A DNA stretch of 64,000 nucleotides from an uncultured Planctomycetaceae bacterium (GCA_963815195.1 CAWFGE010000012.1:704001-768000), one strand, 5' to 3'; numbered from the stretch's first letter, positions 23,661-34,216 are shown. A program made the numbers and translations. The notes: a model not told the origin generated them from the letters alone.

Positions 23661-25526
23661 ATGAAAACCCATCTTCAAAAAACGAAGGCATCGCGCCGGG
23701 GCACGTTGTTGCCGATGGTGCTGGTGGTGATCGTGTTGTTGACGCTGGGGGCGTATGCGTTTACCGAGCAAATGCGGACCGAACTGGAATCGACGGTCAT
23801 GTACGCCCGCGAGGTGCAGGCCCGGGCGATCGCGGACTCCGGCGTGGAACTCACGCTGGAAATGCTGGCCCAGCGGGCGGCGGTGGGCGAAGAGAACCTG
23901 TATCACGATCCGGCGGTGTTCCAGCAGACGCTCTTGGCTTCGGCCAACCTGCGGGGCAACGCCCGCTTCAGCGTGGTCGCTCCCATCGAAAGCAATCCCT
24001 CCGCCACGATGCCTCGCTTTGGATTGATGAACGAATCGGGCAAGATCAACATCAACGAATTGGTCAACCTCAGCCTGGAAGAGGACGAGGTCCGCAACAT
24101 CCTCACCGGCGGCCCCGAACTCTTGATTATGCCGATGGAAATGGCGGATTTGATTCTGGATTTCATCGACGCCGAGAACCCCGCCCAGCAGCGGCAGTTC
24201 GGCGCGGAAGCCGAGACCAACAAAAACGCCCCGCTGGAATCGCTGGACGAGCTGCTTTCGATCGAAGGCGTCACGCGGGAGATGCTCTACGGCGAAGATG
24301 CGAACCAGAACGGCCTGCTCGATCCGGGGGAAGACCTCAACGGCGACGGCGTGTTCCAGCCGGGTTGGGTCGCGTTTCTCACAGTGTACAGCGTCGAATC
24401 CAATTTGCGGGCCGACGGCACCGCGAAGATCAACGTCAATCAACAGCTGCTCACCGATCTTTACGACGCGGTCGAGGCGGAGTTCGATCAGGACATGGCC
24501 ACCTTCGTCGTCGCCATGCGGCTGAACGGCCCCGTGGCCACCACCACCGGCAGCACGAGCGGAACCGGAACCGGTTCCACGGGTTCGACCGGCGGCTCGA
24601 GTGGTTCGACCGGCGGGTCCTCGCCGTCCGGCGGCGGGAGTTCCTCGGGCGGCGGGAGTTCCTCGGGTGGAGGGTCGTCGCCGTCCGGCGGGTCCTCGCC
24701 ATCCGGCGGGTCCTCGCCATCGGGCAGTTCCTCCCGGCAATCCAGCGGCAGTTCGACCCCGTCGTCCGGCGGGAGTTCCTCGGGCGGGAGTTCCGGCCGA
24801 TCGTCCGCCAGCGGCAGTTCCTCGGGCGGCGGGTCGAGTTCTTCCAGCCAATTGAGCCAGACGGCCACGCAAGCGGTCAGCAACCTCGCGCAGGCCGCGA
24901 GCGGCGGGACGGGCGGGGCGGTCACGCGGGGCGGTTTGGACCTTTCGGGCGCAGCGTCTTACACCTTCACGTCGATTTACGATTTGATCGGCTCGCAGGT
25001 GCAAGTCCAAATGAGCGGGCAGACGCAGACGACGACCTTGGACAGCCCCTGGACCGACAGTGCCGCCGACATGCAGCAGTATCTGCCCCAGCTCATGGAT
25101 ACATTTTCGCTTTCGGACGACCCCACGATTCTCGGGCGGGTCAATATCAACGAGGCCCGCTACGAAACGCTCGTGGGACTGCCCGGCATGGATGGGACCA
25201 TGGTCAATGCCATCATCAGCCAGCAAATGATCGACGCGGGCGGCCAGCCCGTGACCGACTTGATCTCCCAGCGGAGCACGACCGGTTGGCTGGTCGCGAA
25301 CGGGCTGGTGGATTTGACCGCCATGCGGGAACTCGATCAGTTCGTCACGGCCCGAGGCGATGTGTTCCGGGCGCAGGTCATCGGCCATTTCGACGCCGGG
25401 GGCCCGTTGTGCCGATTGGAAGCCGTGATCGACGCCACCACGCAACCGCCGAAATTGATCGAGCTCAGAGACCTGACCGATTTGGGCCGGGGTTTTTCGC
25501 CCGCCCAGTTGCTCCAGCAGCAGTAG
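23661..25526 (+). CDS. gspK: Minor pseudopilin GspK with a long Gly/Ser insert
   Basis: RRG/TLLPMVLVVI (no E5, as in GspK), ESGKININ, NAPLESLDELL, GRVNINEA; about 100-aa G/S tract at 24541-24850. Confidence 0.88.
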   Translation: MKTHLQKTKASRRGTLLPMVLVVIVLLTLGAYAFTEQMRTELESTVMYAREVQARAIADSGVELTLEMLAQRAAVGEENLYHDPAVFQQTLLASANLRGNARFSVVAPIESNPSATMPRFGLMNESGKININELVNLSLEEDEVRNILTGGPELLIMPMEMADLILDFIDAENPAQQRQFGAEAETNKNAPLESLDELLSIEGVTREMLYGEDANQNGLLDPGEDLNGDGVFQPGWVAFLTVYSVESNLRADGTAKINVNQQLLTDLYDAVEAEFDQDMATFVVAMRLNGPVATTTGSTSGTGTGSTGSTGGSSGSTGGSSPSGGGSSSGGGSSSGGGSSPSGGSSPSGGSSPSGSSSRQSSGSSTPSSGGSSSGGSSGRSSASGSSSGGGSSSSSQLSQTATQAVSNLAQAASGGTGGAVTRGGLDLSGAASYTFTSIYDLIGSQVQVQMSGQTQTTTLDSPWTDSAADMQQYLPQLMDTFSLSDDPTILGRVNINEARYETLVGLPGMDGTMVNAIISQQMIDAGGQPVTDLISQRSTTGWLVANGLVDLTAMRELDQFVTARGDVFRAQVIGHFDAGGPLCRLEAVIDATTQPPKLIELRDLTDLGRGFSPAQLLQQQ

Positions 25527-25603
25527 TCGTTCCATAAGATGTGACCTGAGAAGTTCTGTGCTCGGCACAGAGCGTGTCTGTTTGAGGAAAGCCGAAACCG
25601 ACG

Positions 25604-27107
25604 ATGCCTGAGTATCTTGCTTTGGATTGGGAAGCCCACCAACTGAGCGGCCTGGAAGCCTCCGCGTCCCGCCAGGGGATCACCGTCCGGAAGGCCTTCG
25701 TGCTCAACTGGCCGGAGCATCTCGATCTGGACAAAGACCGCGAAGAAGCCACGCGCTGGCTGAAGCAGCAACTGGCTGAGCAGGGGGTGTCCGCGCGGAG
25801 CGTGCTGTTGTCGCTGCCGCGGGAAAGCGTGGTCGTCCGCCGGCTGACCGTGCCCGGCGTCCCCGATGAAGAGCTTCCGGCGCTCGTGCACATGCAGGCT
25901 GCGACCAAGTCGGCCACGCCTCTCGACCAGTTGGAGCTGGACTTTCTGCCGCAGCCGGGGACTTCGTCCGAAGGCGGGCGGGAGGTGTTGATGTGCACCA
26001 TGCCCCGCAAGCGGACGGCGAAGTTGCAAGCGATTTTGGCGGGGGCGGGTCTGGAGCTCGAATCGGTGGGCTTAAGCGCGGTGGCGGCGGCGGAGTGCAT
26101 CGCCCGCGAGGAAAAGAGCCGGGGCCATTCGCCCGACGGCACCTCGCTGATCATCGCCCGGCACGGCCAGCGGGTGGAGATCACGATTCTTCAAGCGCAG
26201 CATGTGATCTTCACGCACTCCGCGCAGATCCACAGCGAAGATGGTTCCGGCGGCGATGAATCGATGATCGTCGCCGAGGTCCAGCGGTCGATGATGTCGC
26301 TGCACACGCAATCGGGCCGGCTCGCGATTGACCGGGCCTGGCTGGTGGGCGAGGACGGCGAAGTGGCGGAACTCGCCGCCGCAATCGAGAAACGTTTGAA
26401 GTGCGAAACCCAAGTCTTCCGTCCGGACCGTTCGGCCGGGATGACAAATCACGCGGGGGATTGGCCGGCTCCCGTCGCCGCGTTTGCCGGCCCGGTGGGG
26501 GCTTTGGAGTCCTGCGCGGACGGGATCGTCGGGAAGATCGATTTTCGGAAACCCCCGCAAGCAGCGTCCCCGCCGCGATATGGAAAAGATCCGCAAATGG
26601 GCGATCATCTCGACGGTGGCCGTGCTCTTCATCGGGGCGATGGGCTACCGCTGGTGGAAGGTGAGCGATTTGAAAAGCGAGATCGCGGCCGCCCAGTCGC
26701 AAACCGCGGAATTGCAACGGCTCGTCAAGAGCGGCAAGCCGGTGATGGAGTCCGCGGGCTTTGTCGGCGAATGGGAGCAGAAAGCCACCAAGGAAATGGG
26801 CCAGGTCGGCCAGTTGTATTCCGCGCTGCCCGGCACGAAGTTGATCTACCTTGTGGAATACAAACTCTCCCCGGGTTCGCGAACGTCGGTCGGCCAGATT
26901 TACGCCGTGGGCCGGGCCAAAGCCGAAACCGACGTGCGCGAGCTGTTCAGCCAGCTTGCCGAGCGCGGGATCAAAGTTAAACCCTCGAAGACGCAGCAGT
27001 CCCCGGACTCGGACTACCCCGTGCAGTTCACCTTGGATCTGGAACTGCCCCTCCCCGTGCCGGCAAAGCCGGGAACCGCCTCCCCGCAATTGGCCGGCCG
27101 GAGTTAA
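25604..27107 (+). CDS. GspL / PilM-PilN-like alignment protein (frameshift near 26550)
   Basis: YLALDW actin-like N-terminus, LPRESVVVRRLTVP. Removing one A gives IDFRNPRK followed by a TM helix, coiled coil and ferredoxin-like C-terminus (ORF 26484..27107). Confidence 0.75.
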
Positions 27108-27127
27108 AGGTCGAGAAGTTGTTATTC

Positions 27128-27199
27128 ATCAGCCGCTGGGCGCTCGCCCACGGTTTGGTATTTCGCAGAGAAACCGGACGCTAGCGCGTTCCGGCTGAT
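27128..27199. repeat. REP-like palindrome (family C)
   Basis: atcagccgctgggcgctcgcccacggttt ... aaaccggacgctagcgcgttccggctgat; related copies at 28988-29085 and 45700-45760. Confidence 0.7.
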
Positions 27200-27220
27200 T
27201 TCGAAGATTTGGATCGATCG

Positions 27221-28972
27221 ATGCAAACGCGTGAAAAACAATTGGGTCTGGGTTTCGCCGGCGTCTTGGGCGTCCTGGTCGTGTGGAACGTTTTGAAGCC
27301 TTGGTACTTCGGTCCGATCGAACAGCAGCAAGCAGAGCTGGCACGGGTGAAAGGCGACTTGAGCGCGGCTGAAACTCAGCAAATGCAGTTGCTCCAGGCC
27401 ACGCGGCGGTTGGCGGATTGGAAAGCGCGGAGCCTGCCGCCCGACCCCAAGCGGCCGGGCCGCCAGCGCCCGGACGCTCTCAATGGGCAACGGCTTTATC
27501 AGGAATGGCTTACCGATTTGGCCCGTCATTGCGGATTCATCCAAACGGAAGTCACGCCCGGCCTGACGCGGTCGTTTCAGGATGTGTACGTCACGGCCCA
27601 GGTGCGGATCAAAGCCCAGGCGAAATACGGCCAGATTTGCGATTTCTTGGCCTTATTCGAGCAGACGGAACTCTTGCAACGCATCGAAAGCTGCCACATC
27701 ACGTGCAACGCTCACCGCGGCGATCCGGACATGGAAGTGAACCTGGTGGCCGAGGGCGTGGCCTTGATCGACGCCCCGCAGCGGGACCTGCTGTTCCCGC
27801 AGACCGTGCTCGCGTCGTCCATCGCCGCCGACGGGGGCAAGCTGACGGTGAAAGACGCGGAGGGCTTTCCCGAAGGCGGGCGGTTTATCGTTCGCATCGG
27901 CAAAGAACGCCTCGCCGTCTCGTACGCCAAAGGCACGGCCTGGACGGTCACGCGGGCGAAAAACGAAACCAAACCCGCGCCGCACGCCGCCGGGACGAAA
28001 GTCGATTTGGGATTGTTCAACCCCCTCGCCACGGATGAGCCGTCCCGAGACCGGCATCCGAAATTCGCGATGATCTCCCAGCAAAACCCGTTCACGATTC
28101 CGCCGCCCAAGATCGACGTGCCCCCGGCCTTGAACGTTGCCGGGGAACAATACGTCTACCTGGGAAGTCCGCTCCAATTCGAGGCGAACGCGACCGGCGT
28201 GAACGCGGCCCACGGCGCGCCGAAGTTCGAACTCCAAGGATCCGTGCCCGCCGGCATGAAGATCGAACCCTCCGGCGGCAATCCCCTAATCGGCGTGGTG
28301 ACCTGGCAGCCGGCGGATGAGAAACTGCTCGGCGAGCATCCCGTGACCATTCAGATGACCCGCGGCGATTTCGCCCGGCCGATCACGAAACAGGTCGTGG
28401 TGATCGTCGAGAAAGAGAATTTTTCGCCGAGCCTCGCGAACGTTGACGCCCAAGTCGTTTACAGCGGCCAGCCGCTGGCGTTCACGGCGAAGGCCGCCGA
28501 TGCCAACGAAGACCAGCATCTGACCTATTCGCTGGGAGCCGGGGCCCCGGCCGACGCCGTGATCGATCCCGCCACCGGGCAATTCACCTGGACGCCGCCG
28601 GGACCGGTCACCGAGCAATCGTTCGACGTGGAAATCCTCGCGACCGATGACGGCCGGCCTCCGAAGGCGGCTTCCCTGAAAGTGCCGGTCACGGTCAAAA
28701 CCGACGTGGCCATGTTCACGAGGTTCGTCGGGGCAGTGGCCGACACCGCCGCGAGCGAGGCCTGGCTGTTCGACCGCTGGAACAAACGTGACTTGTATGT
28801 GAAAGTGGGCGAAACGCTCCAGGTCGCCGACATCTCGGCTCAACTGATGAAGATCGACGGGGATGTCGTGTACTTCCGCCGGGACGGGCAAACCTGGCGC
28901 TTGGAACTGGGGCAGGACCTGCGAAATATGAAGCCCGTCGCCGAACCCTCGAAAACGGCGAGAGCGAATTAA
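27221..28972 (+). CDS. GspM/PilO-like membrane protein fused to Ig/cadherin-like domains and a C-terminal GspC/PilP-like beta domain
   Basis: TREKQL plus TM plus coiled coil; YQEWLTDLA...ICDFLALFEQ (PilO/GspM-like); two Ig-like units (VPAGMKIEP..VVTWQP; LTYSL..AVIDPATGQFTWTP..TDDGRP); AWLFDR..VKVGETL..LMKIDGDVVYF. Confidence 0.65.
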   Translation: MQTREKQLGLGFAGVLGVLVVWNVLKPWYFGPIEQQQAELARVKGDLSAAETQQMQLLQATRRLADWKARSLPPDPKRPGRQRPDALNGQRLYQEWLTDLARHCGFIQTEVTPGLTRSFQDVYVTAQVRIKAQAKYGQICDFLALFEQTELLQRIESCHITCNAHRGDPDMEVNLVAEGVALIDAPQRDLLFPQTVLASSIAADGGKLTVKDAEGFPEGGRFIVRIGKERLAVSYAKGTAWTVTRAKNETKPAPHAAGTKVDLGLFNPLATDEPSRDRHPKFAMISQQNPFTIPPPKIDVPPALNVAGEQYVYLGSPLQFEANATGVNAAHGAPKFELQGSVPAGMKIEPSGGNPLIGVVTWQPADEKLLGEHPVTIQMTRGDFARPITKQVVVIVEKENFSPSLANVDAQVVYSGQPLAFTAKAADANEDQHLTYSLGAGAPADAVIDPATGQFTWTPPGPVTEQSFDVEILATDDGRPPKAASLKVPVTVKTDVAMFTRFVGAVADTAASEAWLFDRWNKRDLYVKVGETLQVADISAQLMKIDGDVVYFRRDGQTWRLELGQDLRNMKPVAEPSKTARAN

Positions 28973-28987
28973 CCCATTGCTGCCGCA

Positions 28988-29085
28988 TGAGCCGCAGCAC
29001 GCTCGCCCCGGTTCATTGGAACAACCGAATGTGAGCCGCATTCCGGCTGATGTGATTCATTAGCCGCGGGGCGCTCGCCCCGGTT
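28988..29085. repeat. REP-like repeats (family C) between convergent genes
   Basis: atgagccgcagcacgctcgccccggtt...aaccgaatgtgagccgcattccggctgat followed by attagccgcggggcgctcgccccggtt. Confidence 0.65.
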
Positions 29086-29111
29086 CGCGGCTACCTTCTG
29101 CTATCGCTGTT

Positions 29112-30424
29112 TTACTTCTCCACGAACTTGAGCAGGCTTTGGCCTTCGGCGGGCATTGAACTGAGGGCTTTTTGCAACTGGGCTTTCGCGGCTCGGGCTT
29201 TGGCGTCCAGGTCTTTGAGCGGGCTCTGTTCGAGGACATCGTGTTCCACGTCGTAGAATCGGCCGTCGCCATAAAGTTTATAGCGAACGTCGCGGGCAAA
29301 CCGTTGGGGCGGAGTGCGTTCTGGACGCGGACAATAGAAGCAAAACGTCCATTCGCGGGGATGGCCGGGTTCGCCTTTCAGTTGCGGGAGGAAGCTCCGG
29401 CCATCCAAACCAGCGGGCAGTTTCGCCCCGGCGGTTTCGAGCACGGTGGGCAGAAAATCGCTGGCCTCGATGAGATTCTCGTTGACCTTTCCCGCCGGTA
29501 CGACGCCGGGCCAATAGGCGACGAGCGGTTCGCGAGTGCCGGCGTCGGTCGTCTTGCCTTTGCCGCCTTGAATCGTCCGCCCATTGAGCTCGGAGGTGAT
29601 CGCCTTGTTGGTGCCGTTGTCGCCGGTGAAGAGGATCAGCGTATTCTTGGCGATGCCCAAGTCCTCCGTCTTCTGCACAATCCGGCCCACGAGTTTGTCC
29701 ATGTAGGCGACCATGTCCTCGAAGTTCTTCTGTTTGTCTTTGCTCTTCTTGGATTCGCTGTCCGGGGTCGGCTCAAACGGATTGTGCACGAGGATCATCG
29801 GGTAGTACACGAACAGCGGTTTGTCGTCCGCGTGGTGGGCGTCCAGAAAATCGGTGATGGACTTGGCGCAGATGTCGGGACCATAATCGCTGTCGGCAAA
29901 CTGGCGGTTTTCGCCATTGATATTTAAGAGCGGGCCCCAGTACCGAGAACCGAGCTTATCGACCTGCCAGAGACAGAACTCATGAAAGCCGGCGTCCCGC
30001 GGCCAGGTGCCTTTCTTGCGGAACCGCTTCCCGTATTGTTCCGCGCCAGAAGCTGCCACTTCCCGGCGACGAACGTGCGATAGCCCGCGGCCCGCATGTG
30101 ATGCCCGATCGTCCGCTGGTCGGGATTGAGGACCGAGAACGCCGAGTAGTTCCGCACGTTGGACAGCCCCGTCATCAGCTTGACCCGCGTGGGCGTGCAC
30201 AACGGCTGCGAATAGCAGTGCGTAAACCGCATCCCTTCCCGCGCGAGGCGGTCGAGGTTCGGCGTTTGATACTGCCGGCTGCCGTAGCATCCGAAGCATT
30301 CGTAACCCACATCGTCGGCCATGATCAGAATCACGTTCGGGCGTTCCGCGGCGTGGAGACTGATTGCCTGAGCCGCCAGAAAGAGTCCCGCCAGCCATTG
30401 CCAAAACTGAGAAACGGATTGCAT
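29112..30424 (-). CDS. Sulfatase (frameshift near 30047)
   Basis: RPNVILIMADDVG, LCTPTRVKLMTG (CxPxR), GKWQL, then FTGDNG, GGKG..TDAGTREP in the second frame. Confidence 0.9.
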
Positions 30425-30859
30425 CGAATTTGCCTTTCAAACGGGGGAAAGTTGTAAGTGATTGACGGGCCGGAGTTTTCGAGGCGCTTCCTGCGGAAAT
30501 TCCTGTGGGGAGCCCTCTTATTAGAACGGTTCTCCGCTTCGTTCGGGGCCTATCTCCGGAAATGTTCCGGGGTTAGAACGTTGCGTTTGAACAACATATT
30601 GACCTCGCTTGATTCTGGCCTAGGATTACAGTGGTGAATGAAGCGAGATCACAGGATATTGTCACGTATTCTATTTTTAATATGTTGCTCATTCACGCTC
30701 AAATGCGGATGTTTCGCCGAATTGTGGGACCAAATTCGGTATCTGTTCTATGGCAAGCCTTTTCCTGCACTCCAAACCACAATTCTGATTTGACGCGATG
30801 CCGATTGGCATTGTGATTTGGCGCCATCCGTTTCTTTTTCAAAGAAGGGGAGAACACAC

Positions 30860-32680
30860 ATGGTGGCCACCGCTCGGAATGCGCACTCCCACCCGCTAAA
30901 TCCGGACCTGCCCCGGTTACCCGGATATCCCGCAGGAGTGCCCCGCAGTTTGGAATATCCAACCATTCCCGCATGGGGACTTTTGGAAAAAACGGCCCGC
31001 GATTTTCCCGAACGGATCGCCTGTCACGCTTGCGATCGCTCCTTGTCTTATGCCGACATCTGGCAGGATGCCACGAAGATCGCGGCGATCCTTCAGGCCG
31101 ACGGAATCCTGCCCGGCGACCGCGTGGGACTTCTGCTCCCCAATATGCCCGAATATCTCACCGCGCTCAATGGTATCTGGCTCGCCGGCGGCGTGGCGGT
31201 GGCGATCAGTCCGCTCCTCGTGGAAGAGGAAGTGGAGAAACTCCTGGCCGCGACCAAGTGCAAACTGGTCATCAGCCTGGACCTGCTCGCCCCGGCTCTT
31301 TTGGGTAACGACTTCGATCCGCACAAAACGCTGTTGGTGACGCTCCGCGATCAACTGCCGGTCTGGCAGCGCTGGGGCTATTCGCTGACGGGCATCCGCC
31401 GCACCGGGCGCTGGTGGCTCACTCCCAACAGCGGCCTCCGCTGGCTGCACAACGAATTGGAACAATTGGAACAACGCGACGGCGACTTCACGCCCGTCGC
31501 AATCGAATCGCCCGAGAAGCCGGCTTACATCCTGCCCACGGGCGGAACGACCGGGCATCCCAAAGCCGTGACCTTGAGCCATCGAAACCTCGTGTCCAAC
31601 GCCTGGCAGCAATACCATTGGACGACCCGGCCGCGCGGGGAAGACACCTTCATGGCGGTGCTGCCGTTCTTTCATAGCTACGGGCTTTCCGCGACGCTGA
31701 TGTCCGGCGTGACGATGGCGGCCACGCTCGTGATGCACCACCGCTTCCATTTGCGGACGGTGCTGCGGTTGATCGAAAAAAATCGCCCCACGGTGTTTCA
31801 CGCCGTGCCCGCGATGCTCTCGGCGATGAACGAACGCCTCAAAACCAAGCCGGCGGATTTGGAATCGATCCGCTGGGTGATTTCGGGCGGGGCCCCGCTG
31901 CCTCCCGAAGTCGCCACCGAATTTGCCGAACACTGCGGAGGCGCGGTGGTCGTCGAAGGTTACGGCCTGTCCGAAGCCAGTCCCGTCACACACGTCGGGC
32001 CTTTGGACGGCAGCAACAAGCTCGGCACCATCGGGTTTCCGCTCCCGGACACCGAAGCCCGCATCATGGACATCGATGCCGGCGACCGCGAAATGCCCAT
32101 CGGCGAAGTCGGCGAGCTCTGGGTCCGCGGTCCGCAGGTGATGCTGGGTTATTGGGAAAACGAAGACGAAACGAAAAAAGTCCTCGACGAAAACGGCTGG
32201 CTCAAGACCGGCGACCTGGCCCTGCGGGACGAGGCCGGCTTTTACAAAATCGTGGACCGCAAAAAGGATCTGATCATCACGTCCGGTTTCAACGTTTACC
32301 CCGGCGAGGTGGAAGAGGTGCTCAAGCAGCACCCCGACGTCGCCGACGCCGCCATCGTCGGCCGGCCCGATCCGAAGAAGGGTGAAATCGTAACGGCCCT
32401 CGTGGTGATGAACAAAAACGCGAAGTTCAACGCCTCGAACTTGGAACACTATTGCAAGGAGCATCTTGCCGCCCACAAACGGCCGAAGGTATTCGAGGAA
32501 GTTGAAGGGGCTTTGCCCAGAAACTTTTTGGGCAAGGTGTTAAGACGGCATCTGCGGGAACTGCCCGCCGGCGAATCGTTGCCGATGAACAGGGCCGACG
32601 GGAACGAGAATTTGATCGATCCGCCAATCGTGGGCGGTTTGTTGCCGGAACTGCCAAGCGACCCCGGCGGCGAACGATGA
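30860..32680 (+). CDS. Long-chain fatty-acid--CoA ligase (FadD-like)
   Basis: PTGGTTGHPK P-loop, LPFFHSYG, EGYGLSEASP, GWLKTGD, DRKKDLII, PRNFLGK; GGGGAG RBS. Confidence 0.92.
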   Translation: MVATARNAHSHPLNPDLPRLPGYPAGVPRSLEYPTIPAWGLLEKTARDFPERIACHACDRSLSYADIWQDATKIAAILQADGILPGDRVGLLLPNMPEYLTALNGIWLAGGVAVAISPLLVEEEVEKLLAATKCKLVISLDLLAPALLGNDFDPHKTLLVTLRDQLPVWQRWGYSLTGIRRTGRWWLTPNSGLRWLHNELEQLEQRDGDFTPVAIESPEKPAYILPTGGTTGHPKAVTLSHRNLVSNAWQQYHWTTRPRGEDTFMAVLPFFHSYGLSATLMSGVTMAATLVMHHRFHLRTVLRLIEKNRPTVFHAVPAMLSAMNERLKTKPADLESIRWVISGGAPLPPEVATEFAEHCGGAVVVEGYGLSEASPVTHVGPLDGSNKLGTIGFPLPDTEARIMDIDAGDREMPIGEVGELWVRGPQVMLGYWENEDETKKVLDENGWLKTGDLALRDEAGFYKIVDRKKDLIITSGFNVYPGEVEEVLKQHPDVADAAIVGRPDPKKGEIVTALVVMNKNAKFNASNLEHYCKEHLAAHKRPKVFEEVEGALPRNFLGKVLRRHLRELPAGESLPMNRADGNENLIDPPIVGGLLPELPSDPGGER

Positions 32681-32726
32681 TGGAAATTGAGGGGACAAAT
32701 TCAACATTGGAAGAGGGAGACAGACA

Positions 32727-34031
32727 ATGGCAAGTCAAACCATGAAGCCGCTGGCGATTTTGGAAGGCGTGCGGACGCCGTTTGCGAAGGCCTACGGCAC
32801 CCTGGCCCGCGTGCCGGCGGACGAACTCGGCCGGGTCGCGCTCGTGGAAGCGCTCAAGCGGTTGGAGATCAAACCGGAGCAGGTGGATGAAGTCGTCTTC
32901 GGCAACGTGTCGGGGCCGGCGGAATCCAGCAACATCGCCCGCGTGATCGCCCTCAAAGCCGGCGTGCCCGAGGACCGCATCGCCCAGACCGTCAATCGCA
33001 ACTGCGCGTCGGGGATGGAATCGCTCGTCTCGGCGTGGCAGGCGATCGAAGAAGGCCGATCTCAAGTTATCGTCGCCGGCGGCACCGAAAGCATGTCGAA
33101 CATCCCTTTGATGTACGGCCGCAAGATGACCGAGATGTTCCTCGAACTCGGCCGGGCCAAAACCGGCTGGCAAAAACTGAAGATCCTCTCCCGCTTCCGC
33201 CCGGGATTCTTGAAACCCCGCGTCGGCGTGCGGTTGGGGCTGACCGATCCGGTTTCCGGTTTGAACATGGGCCAAACCGCCGAGGTGCTCGCCCGCGAGT
33301 TTTCCATCAGCCGGGAAGAGCAGGACCAGTTCGCGCTCGAAAGCCACAACAAAGCCCTCGCCGCCCAGGAACGCTGTTTCCTCTCCGGCGAGATCACGCC
33401 CGTTTCCGCAGACATCACCAAGACGCAGGCGGCCGAAAAAGACGACGGCCCGCGGGCCGGGCAGTCGCTCGAAAAACTCGCGAAGCTCAAACCGATCTTT
33501 GAAAAAGACGGCACCGTCACGCCGGGCAATAGCTGCCCGATCACCGACGGGGCCGCGGCGTGCGTGGTCACGTCGGCGGAACATGCGAAGTCGTTCGATG
33601 CGGAACCCTTGGGTTATATCCGCGGTTACGCCTTTGCGGGCTGCGATCCGAAACGCATGGGCCTCGGCCCGGTGTATGCGACGAGCCGATTACTTGCGCA
33701 GACGGGCATGAAGCTCAGCGATTTCGAACTGGTTGAACTCAACGAAGCCTTCGCCGCCCAGGTGCTCGCCTGCCAAAAGGCGATGGCTTCCGCGGAGTTC
33801 GCGAAAAAAGAACTCGGCCGAGGCGAACCGGTGGGCGAACTGCCGATGGACCGGCTCAATATCCACGGCGGCGCGATCGCCCTCGGCCATCCCGTGGGCA
33901 CCACCGGCACGCGGCTGATCATCACGCTGCTCCGATCCCTCAAAGAACAAGGCCTCAAACGCGGCCTCGCGACCCTCTGTGTCGGCGGCGGCCAAGGCGC
34001 AGCGTTCTGGCTGGAAACGAAACTCAATTAA
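32727..34031 (+). CDS. Acetyl-CoA C-acyltransferase (3-ketoacyl-CoA thiolase, FadI-like)
   Basis: GVRTPF, active Cys in NRNCASG, GGTESMS, NEAF, GHPVG, LCVGGG. Confidence 0.94.
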   Translation: MASQTMKPLAILEGVRTPFAKAYGTLARVPADELGRVALVEALKRLEIKPEQVDEVVFGNVSGPAESSNIARVIALKAGVPEDRIAQTVNRNCASGMESLVSAWQAIEEGRSQVIVAGGTESMSNIPLMYGRKMTEMFLELGRAKTGWQKLKILSRFRPGFLKPRVGVRLGLTDPVSGLNMGQTAEVLAREFSISREEQDQFALESHNKALAAQERCFLSGEITPVSADITKTQAAEKDDGPRAGQSLEKLAKLKPIFEKDGTVTPGNSCPITDGAAACVVTSAEHAKSFDAEPLGYIRGYAFAGCDPKRMGLGPVYATSRLLAQTGMKLSDFELVELNEAFAAQVLACQKAMASAEFAKKELGRGEPVGELPMDRLNIHGGAIALGHPVGTTGTRLIITLLRSLKEQGLKRGLATLCVGGGQGAAFWLETKLN

Positions 34032-34189
34032 GGCGAGCAGACCAACCTACGGTCGGTGCCCGCGTAAGCCCCCTGGTAACTCCCAATCAACAAAGACGGA
34101 CACTTTCGTAAATGTGAAATGAGATTCGTTCGATTTCGTTCGTGGAATGGCGTTCGACGTAACCAGGGGGCTGACACCCCCCGCTCGCC
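34031..34189. repeat. REP-like element (family B) between thiolase and FadJ
   Basis: aggcgagc...gccccctggt and accagggggctgacaccccccgctcgcc arms. Confidence 0.7.
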
Positions 34190-34216
34190 GGATAAATAGC
34201 GACAGGGAGAACAATC

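Noticed and set aside
30750..30825. Sigma-54 promoter upstream of the fad operon (two TGGCA sites)
   Set aside because: Neither site has GC at the required -12 position relative to the -24 GG.
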